DNA of 64,000 nt from Rhynchobatus australiae (lineage: Eukaryota), in NCBI GenBank assembly GCA_034780895.1, contig JAUZTB010000107.1:92559898-92623897 (forward strand), written 5' to 3'. Below the pieces are notes generated by a model. It ran no database searches, was not told the origin of the DNA, and saw only the letters and a program-made list of their open reading frames with translations. Shown here piece by piece: positions 12,736 through 25,775 of this stretch (position 1 is its first letter; every line of letters starts with the position of its first letter). A program made the translations under genes and the position numbers.

Positions 12736-13729
12736 GCTTCTCAAGCAGGAGGTGTTTTGTGGTTATTTGGTTGGTGTGTGGAGGGAGAATTCACCCTAAA
12801 GAACAACACAACATAGGAGAGGGCTGGATCCAAGGCATTCGAGATTCTGTTGGAGAACTTGGTGCAAAATAAAGCAATGATCAGAGGGAGCCACGATGCC
12901 CTTTCAGACACTTGTGCAGAAAGTCNNNNNNNNNNAAGCATAGACTCAGGGACCTGTAGAGAGTGTCAGAATGGTTAAGAGTTGGATGCAGGTACCAACA
13001 TGGAGGAGGAAGAGTGCTCTATCCTCCAACGGATTATGAGGATTGCTAAAACATCACCTTTGGGAGAATATCCATGGATCCTGAACCTCCTTGGTGCTAA
13101 TACTTTCACCATTACACTGTCGATTGTGAATTATGTATATACATTGCTGAGAGCACATTCTTTCACAGTGGGATCAGTAGTCCCTAACCATGCACACATT
13201 TGATCCATATTTTCCATTGATGAATCTGCATGAACATTTGCAAATACTACTCACATCTTGCTCATTGTAATCTGAGATACCACACATAGAAGGGGTCGAT
13301 CAGAGAGATAGATTAGGTGCATTTAAACATGACTGGTGTCAAAAACAGATTGACTTAGCCTCCCTTTATTGTCCTACCAGCTGATCCTGAAACTTATTTT
13401 CTTTTTTTTCCCTTCTCCCAAATGGATCATTAAAAACAAGTTGTCCAAAGTAGTAGAGTTTAGTAACTCTTTGAATTCTGAATTATTCCATAGTAGAGTT
13501 CCTGGTGGATGGAGATACTTAACATTTATTTGGAAAGCTTAGGTATAAATTTTAGAAGTAGAATTGCCAGATGGATACTAGGAATGAGCAGTGCAGTTCA
13601 GCAGACAAAATGGGGAAGCCCTCTCATAATGTTGATCTGTTCAATAAAACTTCTCTTCCTAAGCCAGTCTCTGCTTTTCCATTCTTTCTCCTGAACTAAA
13701 GCCTCTAATCCCTGGTATGATTCTTGTAA

Positions 13730-14060
13730 TGGTACTTCTGAAATGCATACTTAATATTTATCTTGGAAAATTGTGAAGGGCATTGACAGGGTAAACAAGG
13801 GGACATTGTTTTTCCTGGTAGGAGGATTGATAAGCAGAGTGCAGAGTTTAATGGCAATAAAGCTGAGAAGATTTTTTTTAATGCAACAAGTTATTGTGAT
13901 TATGTGCTGCGTGAAGGGATGACAGAAGCAGATTCAATAGGAACTTTTAAAAGGGAATTTGAAAAATGCCAGGCAATCAGGAAAGAAAGGAGTTGGATCA
14001 CTCTTTCAGATAGCCACCATAGTGATGAGCGGCTAAGTATCCTGCTTCTCTGCTGTTTGA
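13730..14060 (+). mobile_element. Degenerate CR1 3' end
   Basis: aaaattgtgaagggcattgacagggta...gaagcagattcaatag...ttttaaaagggaatt. Confidence 0.55.
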
Positions 14061-17000
14061 TTCTCTGAGTTATTACAAAATATTGCAATCAAAACATGGA
14101 AAGAATGAGTACAGGAACAAAATGCTATGCTTTCAATTATTTTGTCATGCTTAATAAACCTAATATGTAATAAAATATATCATATGATAAGGAAGCCAAA
14201 CAGGACCCAAAGGTTGAAAAGAATGTTGAAATTATTTTGGGAGTTCCAATTTTGTGACAGCTAGCTTGCATTTTCAAAGCCAGGTGATTTCAAGAAGGAA
14301 CAAGGGAGGTACCAGTTTTTTTTAAATGAAAGGATCAATTGGAATGTGTCACTTTGTTGAATCCATACTCTGGGGAGATGAAGACTGTGTCATTTTATTT
14401 GGAATATTGAAGAAACAAACAAGGACAGAGATAATTATAGTATTAATAAAATAGGGGTGGAAAAGAGAAGAAATGCTGAAATAGAGAAAATCTGGAGGTA
14501 AGAATTGGATCTCTCAAGTGGCAACCTTTCTCTTAAATCCTACTGAATAAACTGAACCATGTTAGAATAATCTTCACGCAAATAGAAATAGGATTCAAAT
14601 CTTGGTCAAAACCCATCCCTTACATAGCTTTAATATTTACTGAGAAGAAAAGAACTCCTTGCACAATGGATTTAACCTTCTTTAGAGCAGCTTGGTATTT
14701 TAGGAGACACGGGAATCCTATTTGAGACCATAGAACATAAAAAAATGTTGAAAATATCTTTTGACGAAGAAATACTTAGGGTGGAATCATCAAATGAGGT
14801 AATATTTCTCAGTTTTATTCAGGGATACTGTATATACAAGGGAGAGGCATGGCTCAAGTGGAGGGTCAGGCCCTCCAGTGATACTTGTAATGTGTGCTAA
14901 AGACTTGTGTCTGCATAAATGTGTACTTCATCTGTCCCTCCAAAAGTAGTCAGGTTAAATTCCTCAACATGCTCCTGGTTTTACTAGAGAGATGAAAAAA
15001 GCAGGTCTTCAAATAAATGAAAACCGGAACCTGACTACCATTTGAAGAGCATAAGAAGAGCTGTAGAAATGCTGCAGACCTTGTTCACTGAGAGCATACA
15101 ATCTAAACAGAACTTCTCAACATACAGTAGAGTTATTAGTGATAGAGAATGGAGAGGTTGGATGAACAGTGGAGGAAGTGACATATGAAAATGGTTAGAG
15201 TGGGACAGAAACACTCAGTTACAGTGGATGAAGAGGGCACTCAGAAGTGGTGGTTAAGGAGAACCCTGGCAATGATGTTCCCACAGGCAGACCCTCTGGG
15301 GTCCTCTGGGGTCACTGTAATCACACACCTCCTTTCTTGATGATGGAAAAATGGACACAATTGTGGGGGTCGCAAGATCCCTTGGCACTTCTCCTTTTTC
15401 CAAGCTGTGGGAGAAAACACTGTGAATTTGTGGTTGAAGTTCCTTTCCACCAATTTTAGAGCTTCAATGGGAAGACCGCACCTTGTTGTTTTACAGGTGA
15501 TATATTGTTTTGTCAGTCTGGGGTGGCAGAAAAACTAGATTGGATAATGGGCTGTGGGAATGAAGACAAGGACACTTGCATCAGAAACAGAATCTTCCTT
15601 GAGGAGCTCTGCATCATGCTCATTTCCGTGGGCATTGATAGCCTCTCTTTGCTTGCTGTACTGTGGCCCTTATATTTTTGAGCTGTGGATCACCCTGATA
15701 GCACTGAAGGATCCACATGTTACTGGATTTCCTCTGAACTTTCTGCCCTCTCTATCCCTTCATCAGGTTACTGCATTTTTGTTGAACCTTGGCCTTCAGG
15801 TGAGGTAGATCTTTTTTTTCCATTAAGGCATGGAAATTCTGATTAAAAGCAACTTGTGTTTGTGATTAACTAAGGTTCCAGCTTTTCTGTTCATTCTCAT
15901 CAAAAGAGTCCTGTGAAAAGTTTATTCACAGGTGCTAATTATGATGGCCTTCAGGGTAGTCCAGGCACTGTGGATATCTGGTTGCTCCTATTGGTTGGAA
16001 GTCATCAAGTTGTCTCTGAGTAGGAAGAGCAATCCTTGAGACCTTCAACATTGATCTTCTTGTGGTGACATTCTTGTTGTCTCTATTGTTTTGATTCCAG
16101 GCTAATGGACTAATGGATGTCAACACAATATGCATTTTCTACTGGCTTTGTTCTCACTCAGAAGACAAAGGAAGTGGGTCTTCTAATGGTGGTCAAATAT
16201 CATTCTGGGTTTGATAGGAACAAAATCATGCATTTTGCATAACTTAGCATGAACTTAACTAATTTTCCAGGCAGGACTTCTTTTACGATAATGAGGTATT
16301 ACAACTATATGAAAGGAACAAAATGGAAACATTGACAAAGTTTAAAATCAATGATTCATTTCAAAATCTACAAATCAAGACTCAGTCAATGCTCGGTGAA
16401 TGTTAGTATAACAGTAAAAGAGCTTTTGTTCTGAGATATGTCTGTCAATTTCACTTTCATTGAAATAATATGTCCATTGATATGGATCAAATACTCAATT
16501 TCATTGAAAATTGCTCCATCAATATTACAATTCCAAAACATACCCATCTGAGGATTTATATGTACAGAAATACACATTGAAATTGTTTATTTACTGCAAG
16601 AGCTTGATTCAAAATAGTGTAAGGAGGAGAGTTATTTTGTGAAAGGGGAACTTTACATGATACCTGGTCATTGTCCTTCCTGATCTGGGGGTCATCTGTA
16701 GCTTTAAAATGAGTCCGGCTTAAAAATGTTCCATCCTTGCAATGCCTCACTTTAATAGGCACATGAAGTACACCTGACGTAGATAAGCAATGAATAATTC
16801 ATACTGGATGGTTTAAGATAACAGTAAGCATGAATTCTGTAAATAAATAGCCAAATTTCATCTTGGCATGCAATCCCATCACTCATCTCACACCTTTCTT
16901 GTCTCGGGGGTATCCCAGATGGGATAGTGTAGTGGTGTTTTTATCTTCTACCACAGCAGGTGGAAAAGAGCTTCAGTGCAGGGAGCCTGTGATTCACCAG

Positions 17001-17329
17001 ACTGTGGACAATTTTTAACCTCAAATACATAAGACACAGGTGGATACTATAAAAGACCGGGCCTAATCAAGCTCACAGTCAAAATAAATCGTACAATTAC
17101 TGAAAAACAGATTACTGGGAGTAATTTCAAGATTGGTCTCATATGAGATGGTCAGATAACATTTCCAAAGCACTGCAGCTTCTACATTGAGATTGATGAT
17201 GTCGTGCTCACCTCAACCAGTTTACAAGCTTGCAGGAGTGCCTTTTAATTATTCTAGACATAAACTACCAGAACCTCTGCATTTTATATTTCAGCCTGGG
17301 CTCGCTCTGAGACGCAGACTACTTTATGT

Positions 17330-19298
17330 ATGAACACACAAAGTAGGATCAGAAGTGGGCCACTTGACTTCTCAAGACTGTTTCAGCATTTAAAAACATC
17401 ATGGCTGATCTGCTTGTCACTTCAACTCTGTATTCCCATCTTCCCATAATAACCTTGTAACCATTTATTTATCAAGNNNNNNNNNNAAATATTTTGTCTC
17501 ATCTTTGTTTTTCTTGGATGAACTCTTATTTTTAAACACTGGCCCTTAGTTCTAGATTTTCCCACAAGAAGATACATTTTCTCCATATCCACCCTGTGAA
17601 TTGGTAATTGGCACCTGTTTTGTCATTGTCATATGTACCGAGATACAGTGAAAAGCTTTGTTTGTTACGTACAAAAGGAAAAACAATAACAGAATGCAGA
17701 ACATAGTGTTATAGTTAGAGAAAGTGCAGTNNNNNNNNNNNNNNNNNNNNNNNNNNNNNNNNNNNNNNNNNNNNNNNNNNNNNNNNNNNNNNNNNNNNNN
17801 NNNNNNNNNNNNNNNNNNNNNNNNNNNNNNNNNNNNNNNNNNNNNNNNNNNNNNNNNNNNNNNNNNNNNNNNNNNNNNNNGAGAGAATGACCAGGGTGGG
17901 TGGACTCTTTGATTATGTTGGCTGCCTTCTCAAGGCAACAGGAAGTGTCGAGAGAGTCAGTGGAGGGGAGGCTGGTTTTCATGATAGACTGGGCTGTCTT
18001 CACAACTTTGGGCAATTTCTTGTGGTCTTGGCAGTGCAGTTGCTATACCTAGCTATGATGCGTCTAGATAGGAAGCTTTTTATGGACCAAAATCCCTCAG
18101 GATCTTACTGTTGCAATCAGGTCATCTCTCACTTTTCTAAACTGCAACCAATACAAATAACCTCCTGTGACAACCTGCCCATTCCAGGTAAACCTCCTCT
18201 GAACTAATTCCAATGCATTTGCATCCTTCCTTAAATAAAGAGACCTATACTCTACACAGAACTCCAGATGTAGTCTCAGATGGAGTATAATCTCCCTACT
18301 TTTGTATTCAATTCCCTTATCAATAAACAATAACATTCCGTTACTTATTCCAATCACTTACTGTACCTAAATATTAATCTTTGCAAATCATGCACTAGGA
18401 AGTCCAAATCTCTCTGCACCTCATAGCTCTGCAATCTCTCACCATTTAAATAATGTAACTTTAAAAAAAAAATTGCCTTCAAAATGGACCATTTCACATT
18501 TACTCACCTGATTCTGACAAAGATTTGCTAGATCTTTGTCCACTCACTTAACTTATCCATATCCCTTTGTTACCTCCTGATGTACCCTTCATGGCTTACT
18601 TTCCCACCTATCTTTGTGTCCTCAGCTAATTTAGTAACCAAACCTTTGTTGCCTTTAACCAAGTTATTTATATATAAATTGTAAAATGTGCTGTACTGTT
18701 CTACATTCTATGTGAAAAGCTGAGGCCTCGGCACCAATCCCTGTGGCCCATCTCTCATTACACCTTGCCAACAAGAAAAAGACCTATTTATATCTACTCT
18801 TGAACTTCTGCTGGCCTGCCAATCTTTTGTCAACACCAATATGTTGCCTCTCACACCATGAGATTTTCTGCAATAAGATTTGACGTGGCACCTTATCAAA
18901 TGCCTTCTGGAAATCGAAGTACAATACTTCCACCTGTTCCCCTTATCCACAGCACATGTAACTTCCTCAAGGAGCTCTTATAAATTTTGTCAGTATTGTT
19001 TTCCTTTCACAAAGCCATCACTAGATGACCCTGAATTCTCTTAACTGTCTTGCAATACTATCTCTCATGATAACTTCTAACATTTTCCCAATGACAGATG
19101 TTAAGTCAACAGACCTGTAATTTTCCTGTAACTTTCTGTCTCTTTTTATGAATCAAGAGTTATATTTGCTATTTTCCAGTCAAATGGAACTTCCCCAAAT
19201 CAAGGGAATTCTGGAAAACCAAAAAATATGAATCAACTATCTCACTAAACACTTCTTCTAAGTCCCGAGGATGAAGTCCATCAAGACCCTGGGTCTTG
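17330..19298 (-). mobile_element. CR1 ORF2/3' UTR fragment with nested Rex1 insertion
   Basis: The ORF track shows GIEYKSREIIL...LHLEFCVEY...ALELVQRRFT (18097-18357) and DKG...HGVRGNIL...GPQGLV (18708-18950). The 3' UTR lies at 17330-17600. Confidence 0.85.
17600..18085 (-). mobile_element. Rex1/Babar LINE 3' end (contains a 150 N gap)
   Basis: KVVKTAQSIMKTSLPSTDSLDTSCCLEKAANIIKESTHPGHSL matches the Rex1 RT C-terminus. 3' tail ttttcactgtatctcggtacatatgacaat. Confidence 0.8.
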
Positions 19299-19301
19299 TT
19301 A

Positions 19302-19597
19302 GGGCACGCATGGTAGTGTAGCGGTTAGCATAATGTGATTACAGCACCAGTGACCCAGGTTCAATTCTGGCTGCTGCCTGTAAGGAGTTTGTACGTTCTC
19401 CCTGTGTCTGCATGGGTTTCCTCCGGGTGCTCCGGTTTCCTCCCACATTGCAAAGACGTCTGGGTTAGGAAATAGTGGGCATGCTTTGTTGGCCCCGGAA
19501 GCATGGCGACATTTGCAGGCTGCCTCCAGAACACTATGCAAAAGATGTATTTCACTGTGTGTTTCGATGTACATGTGACTAATAAAGATATCTTATC
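19302..19597 (+). mobile_element. V-SINE (young subfamily)
   Basis: Full-length copy ending aataaagatatcttatc. Confidence 0.9.
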
Positions 19598-19849
19598 TAC
19601 CTCACAACACAACAGTTCTCTGCCTCTTAGCTCGAAAATTCTCTCTCGCATGGGTGCTCAATGCTGCTTTCTCTAAGGCAATGGAAGGGATTTGAGGTAT
19701 TTCCAGTTCATATCTTGACTGATGAAGGTAAGCATGTCAATTGTCTTCTTCACTACACTGTCTACTTGGGTCGCCCCATTTTTGGAATCTCTTGGTCTCT
19801 GTTCTACAGCATTCCATTTACCCACCATTTACTGTGTAAATTGGAAATA

Positions 19850-20605
19850 TGGGCAGATGGAGTTTAATCCGGACCAGCATGAGGTGTTTCACTTTGGGAG
19901 GTCAAATGTAAGAGGAAAGTATACAATAAATGGCAGAACTTTTTGGAGCATTAATGCACAGAAGGATATTGAGGTGCAAGTTCATAGCTCCCTGAAAGTG
20001 GCAGCACAAGTAGATAGAGAGATGAAGAAGGTGTACTGCATCTTTGCTTTAGTTGAGTCTGAGAGCAGGGAAGTCAAGCTGCAGCTATATAACACTTTGG
20101 CTAGGTCACATTTGAAGTATTGTGTGCAGTTCTGGTCACCACATTACAGAAAGGATGGCTTTGGAGAGGGTGCAAAGAGATGGGACAAACTTAGATTATT
20201 TTCTCTGGAGCATCAGATTCTAAGGAGTGATGTGATTGAAATATACAAAATTATGAGAGGCATAGATTGGTCAGGTCTTTTTCCCAGATTGGAAATGTCA
20301 AATACTAGAGAGCAGAGCTTTAAGGTAAGAAGGGAAAAGTTTAAAGGAGATTTACAAGGCAATTTTTTTTTACCCCCACAGAAATTGCTTGGTGCTTGGA
20401 ACTTGCTGCCAAGGGAAGGAAGAGAAGCAGATACAATGGTAACATTTAAGAGGCATTTAGACAGGCACATGAACAGGCAGGGAATAAAGGGATATTGATC
20501 ATGTGCAGGCAGATGGGATTAGTTTAAATTAGCATCAGAATCGACACAGACATTGTGGGATGGAAGGCCTGTTCCTTAGCTGTACCATCTTATGTTCTAT
20601 GTTAC
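19850..20605 (+). mobile_element. CR1 ORF2 C-terminus and 3' UTR
   Basis: QMEFNPDQHEVFHFGRSN...LQLYNTLARSHLKYCVQFWSPHYRKD...FKRHLDRHMNRQGIKGY, with internal deletions relative to consensus. Confidence 0.9.
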
Positions 20606-20629
20606 ATTTAGTTCTTAAAGATACACTAA

Positions 20630-20932
20630 GATACAAGAGATATCTTTATTAGTCACATGTACATCGAAACACACAGTGAAATGCATCTTTTTGTGTCGAG
20701 TTTTTCTGGGGGCAGCCCCTAAGTGTCACCAAGCTTCTGGTGCCAACATAACATGCCCTCAACTTCCTAACCTGCACATCTTTGGAATGTGGGAGGAAAC
20801 TGGAGCACCCAGAGGAAACCCACACAGNNNNNNNNNNNNNNNNNNNNNNNNNNNNNNNNNNNNNNNNNNNNNNNNNNNNNNNNNNNNNNNNNNNNNNNNN
20901 NNNNNNNNNNNNNNNNNNNNNNNNNNNTGGCC
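20630..20932 (-). mobile_element. V-SINE (young subfamily), head lost in a 100 N gap
   Basis: Reverse-complement tail and V-domain. Confidence 0.85.
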
Positions 20933-22544
20933 TGTCATGCCTTTCAGAATGTCTCAAAATCAGTGAAGTGCTATTGAAGTGTACCCACTGTTATAATGTA
21001 GCAATAATGGCAAACAATTTACATACAATAAGCTCCCTTAATCAGAAATATGCCAATCTCATGTTGAGGAATGTTGTTTGAAGGATAATCATTGTTCAGG
21101 GCATAGAAAAAACTCCAGTGGAGCTTTTTATGGCCTCATTCTTAGACCTTGAACACTCCAGCACTCTCAATAATATGGTAAACTTAAACCTGTGTTATTT
21201 TGACTCAAGTTTTACCACTCTAGTTAGTTGTCTCTTGTACCTTTCTGAGTTTGGATGGGGTAAAATTAGTCAGGGCTTACAGAACCCAGGATTCTGAAAA
21301 GATAGTCTCTCAAACTCTAGAAATTAAATAATATAACTACAGGCACTGCAAATAAGATATGATGGAAACCACTGAAGATGAGGTGATATTAATGCATGAT
21401 ATTTTGTGTATATCATAATATCAATCATATGTATAACAGTCTTGTACAGTTTTAACTCTTAACGATAACTTCAATTCACTTGTACTTCAATTCTGAATGC
21501 ACATTATTCTAGTGATCATTCAAAGAAGAGGTCACCACTATAAAAGTGATCAGCCCTTTCCACAGTTTCTTGCAAGCTGCCTTTTAACATAAAAACACTA
21601 TACACATGAATAATACTGAGCTCTTGATTTTGAACATATGATCACTTGGAGTCTGTTCCTGTGTCATGCAATCAATCCTGTCTGCAGATTCCTTGTAATT
21701 TATAAATGTTGTAGGTAGCCAGACCACATTGGTTCAGAGAAGGAAACAAATTTCATTTCCTTCAGCTCATTCAAAAAGGCTTGAGTTTCACTAACTGCAG
21801 AGCTATTTCTCTGATCCCTTGTGATGTTATCCATGAGGACTTGAAATCTGATTATGACTATTAGTAAGAATAAAGTTTGTAAGCTCTGAAACCATTTCTT
21901 GCTAATTGACTCTGATCCAGCTCTTTTGTCTTTGTGTTTCATTATAAACAGGCAGCAATCTGCTGGCTGCTCTTCTTTTCCTTAAGTAGTTTGTTCTATG
22001 ATCTTAAATAGATTGTCTCTTCTGTTCCCTTAAGCTCACCCAATGTGTTGCTTGGTGTAGCCCAGTTAGAACTGTCCCATCCAGAACAACTGGCACCATT
22101 TCTTAGATTCATCAGAACCATGCATTGCAACCATCATTTCCAAGTGTTAGAAGTTTTCTTCCACATCTCCTTCCCATTTGTAAGTCCCTGAATCCCTTGC
22201 TGCTTCCTGTAATTGTAAGGGGATAAGGTTCTTCATAATTCAACACTAATGGTTCTCCCCAAGTCACCAGCATCATTTTTGTCTGTCTTCTGGGCATCTA
22301 ACTTTTCTGCTTTCCTTCATTAGGTGTCCAATGCATTCCATTTCTCCACAGCCCCTACCAGTGAATGGATTATACCTCAGTTTCTGTAGTTTTAGCTGAA
22401 ACTGTTCAATCTCTTCTTCCTACATGATTGATCAGCACCTGTTTCAACTAATTTATTCCAGTTCACTATCCACCTCTTTGCCCAGTTTGCCACACTGGTG
22501 TAACCAACCGACAGTGCTATCAAGTTGCTGCACCTTGTCTCCAT

Positions 22545-22757
22545 TCTATTCTCCTTGTGTCTGCGTGGGTTTCCTCCGGGTGCTCCGGTTTCCTCACACA
22601 TTCCAAAGACGTACGAGTTAGGAAGTTATGGGCATGCTATGTTGGTGCTGGAAGCATGGCGACACTTGTGGACTGCCCCCAGAATACTCTACACAAAAAC
22701 ATGCATGTAACTGTGTGTTTTGATGTACATGTCACTAATAAAGATATCTTATCTTAC
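22545..22757 (+). mobile_element. 5'-truncated V-SINE
   Basis: V-domain through the gatatcttatctta tail. Confidence 0.85.
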
Positions 22758-24439
22758 ATGCTCCAACAATTTGCTCAGTATCACAGCCCCTGTGATTACG
22801 ATTTTCCCGAGTTGCTGCCTCCCTTTATATAAGGTAATCTGCTGGAACATGTCAACTTGGCTCAGTTGGAAGCAGATTTCCCTCTGATTTATAACCAACT
22901 CCAGATGCCAAGTACAAAATATACCTCACCATACCATTGTACTAGCGAGAGAGACCTGCAGTGAAAAAATGGAAGAGAAAGCCGTGCATGATACTCAGGG
23001 TGGGTGTTCTAGTAGTGAACTGATTGACATTCCTCCCTAAAGCACCAACTCACCACTTTGCTATTGTGTGGTTTGTTTTATGAAAATCAGTTGCTTACCA
23101 ACATAATGTTGACAACACTTCCAAGTTACTAGTTACACATGAAGTGCTTTGTAACAGATGAACAAATCAGCAGAGGCAGTCCCTTGATTGTAGCCTGCAA
23201 TTTACACACATAAAATTTACTAAGAAGAGCCAATTGGTCCACCTGATCTAAGTTCCTCGTGAGCTTTCTCCCACTCTACTTCAACTCACTCTATCAGCAG
23301 ATAACTATGCACAATGGAATTAGTCAACAGCTGACAGTTTTCCGTTATTCTTTATTTTTTCAGATTAGGATTAGCTGGACTGTGTTCTCAATCCTGCTTC
23401 TATAGAAGTTCACTATTCTTTTCCACCACCTGACTAAGCTGCTGAAAGAGGATGTTTACTTATATTTAAGTATTTCACCAAGGTTACCTAATGAATTGCA
23501 GGTCCACCTATTTTGCAATAGGGCACTGATCTGTGCATATGGAATAGTGAGCAATTACAATCCTTCTGTGTTCATGTTCTTGACAGTAAAGAGCTGTTGT
23601 CTTCTCACTGTCCCTTGTAAAGAATCACTGACCACAGCAAAGGATGTCCTGACCACTTCTCGAAGCTTCTCACCAGTTACCCCAGAGTTCTAGGTGTAAA
23701 TAATGGCAGCCATTTCTGAGTCAGCTAGCATGGACGTGAGGCATATTACAGCTTAAGAGCCAAAAGCTGTTTGGAATTAGCACTAAAAAGGGTAAAGCAA
23801 CGCTTCCCTCCTGCGCCTATATCTGAATTTTTTTTATTGCAGCCAATGAATCACTGGTTTCAGTGTAACAAGATGCCATTTGTCTCAAATCAGTCTGGAC
23901 TACTGTTACTTGTTAACTTTGTTGCCTCTGTGAGGCTGCAGGGGTGATTTAACTCTTTCACGGCAAACACAGCCTTGACAATGAACTGAAGGTCATCAAG
24001 GCCCCTGGGTTGAGGCAGAGATAAAGCCACAGAACTAATCATTTTGAAAGGCAGGCTATAATTATTGGGCCAAATCAAAGTGACTGACAGCAAGCAGGGA
24101 ATTGCTGGCCATCGGCCCTTCGCAGCTTGGCTCAGTTCTTGGATTCTCCTCAGCTGATCCTGCTCAGCTAAACCTGTGTCCAAGACGAGCTGAAGATCAG
24201 CTGCCAGCACAGCTAACCTCCAGCTTCACCAGCAGCTCACAATGACGCCAGCGATGGGGCACCCTTGTGCCGGAGAGAGGGACTGGATGCACTGTGCGTC
24301 TGGTCCCTTCGCTTCATGCCAGGGATGGTTGGTATTCATTTGAATGAAGTTGCCAGTTCCATGCAAACATGTGAATGTAGCTAAGTGTTCAATGTTTTAA
24401 AATAACGTGTTCCTATTAGATGGTGCTTTTAATTAAATA

Positions 24440-24575
24440 CATTTTGATGGAGTCAAATGTGGTACTGTACAGAAACAGACCCTTTGGCCCACCATACCCA
24501 TGCTAACCATTGTACTTATCTATACTAACCCCATTTTCCTGTGTTTGGCCTGTAGCCTTCTATGCCTTGGCAATT
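24440..24575 (-). mobile_element. Short CR1/HE1 tail fragment
   Basis: gtacagaaacagaccctttggcccacc is the reverse complement of the CR1 3' terminus. Confidence 0.55.
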
Positions 24576-25399
24576 CAGTCTTTTAAAAGACAATTAAGTA
24601 CGTCCATTTTAATAGTTATTAAATGCCTTTACTATCACTGACGTATTCAAAAAATTCAAACGGTTTTGAGAGGGGTGAGCTGTTCAGTAGCTGTCAGGAT
24701 GGGGCCTTATCGGTACACTACCTGAAGCCTAGTTGCTGCTTTGAGCCTACTCAGCCTCACAGTATGCTTCCTGGGTTTGGGGGTTAGGATCATCTTGTTC
24801 GTTCTTCCACATCTGGAAATAGTAAGTGCGGCCAGTTGGGCACCACGGGCGGCAAGACTGGGCATCAGGNNNNNNNNNNNNNNNNNNNNNNNNGATAAAC
24901 ATTTGTCCTGTCAGGAGCACTGCCTCCTCATCTTAAAGTAAGAACCATCCTCTTGGTGGGGGCTGAGTTGCACAATGAGAAAGAGTTCTAGTTCCAGTTC
25001 CTGTGTTGTTCCAATTGCAATTTTGTTTTTTTGCTCTGCCCTAATTCTATAAGATGTGCGATGATTCCAGCCAGATATTGTTCAGGCAAAGATGGAAAAA
25101 ATTCTTTACATTTGACAACACATTTTTCCACAGATTGCCAAAGTTAATAATACTGCAACAATTCCTTTCATTTACTGAGAACAACCAGATCTTGTTGCCA
25201 ATAGTGAACAATCTGATGACATTCAGGCTGAGCAGGGAAAGCTATAATTTGTTGGTCAATAAATATTTTGTTCCATACAGAGAATGCAATAGGCCCCCAA
25301 ACCTAGTTCTATATACAGTTACAATATCGATTCATCAAACAATTGCAAGATGAGGACTGAAGAGTCCATTTATCAGATTATGTAAAATGAATGGACAGT

Positions 25400-25775
25400 G
25401 TTTGGAGGTAGGGGTGGGGTTGATATGGTCAAGTTGGATTTGGATGTGGATATTGCGTGCTCAGTCTTTTTCCCAGGGAAAGAGAACCAAAAACTTGAGG
25501 GCATAGGTTTAAGGTGAGAGGGGAAAGATTCAAAAGGGACCTGAGGGGCAACTTCTTCATGTATTGAGTAGTGTGTATATTGAATGAGCTGCCAGAGAAA
25601 GGAGTTGAGGCAGGTACAATTATAACATTTAAATGACATTTGGGTAAGTACATGGATCGGAAAGGATTAGAGAGATATGGGCCAAATGCAGGAATATGGG
25701 TCAAGTTTATATAGGCACCTTAATTTGGTTGACAAGGGCCCGTTTCTGTTCTGTATTATTCTATGACTCCATGAC
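25400..25775 (+). mobile_element. CR1 3' end
   Basis: gggcataggtttaaggtgagagggg...gggacctgaggggcaacttcttc...gggcccgtttctgttctgtattattctatgactc. Confidence 0.85.

Noticed and set aside
21700-22300. Minus-strand ORF pieces that look protein-like (TQAFLNELKEMKFVSF)
   Set aside because: All frames are interrupted by stops and no motif could be assigned. Possibly old transposon sequence.
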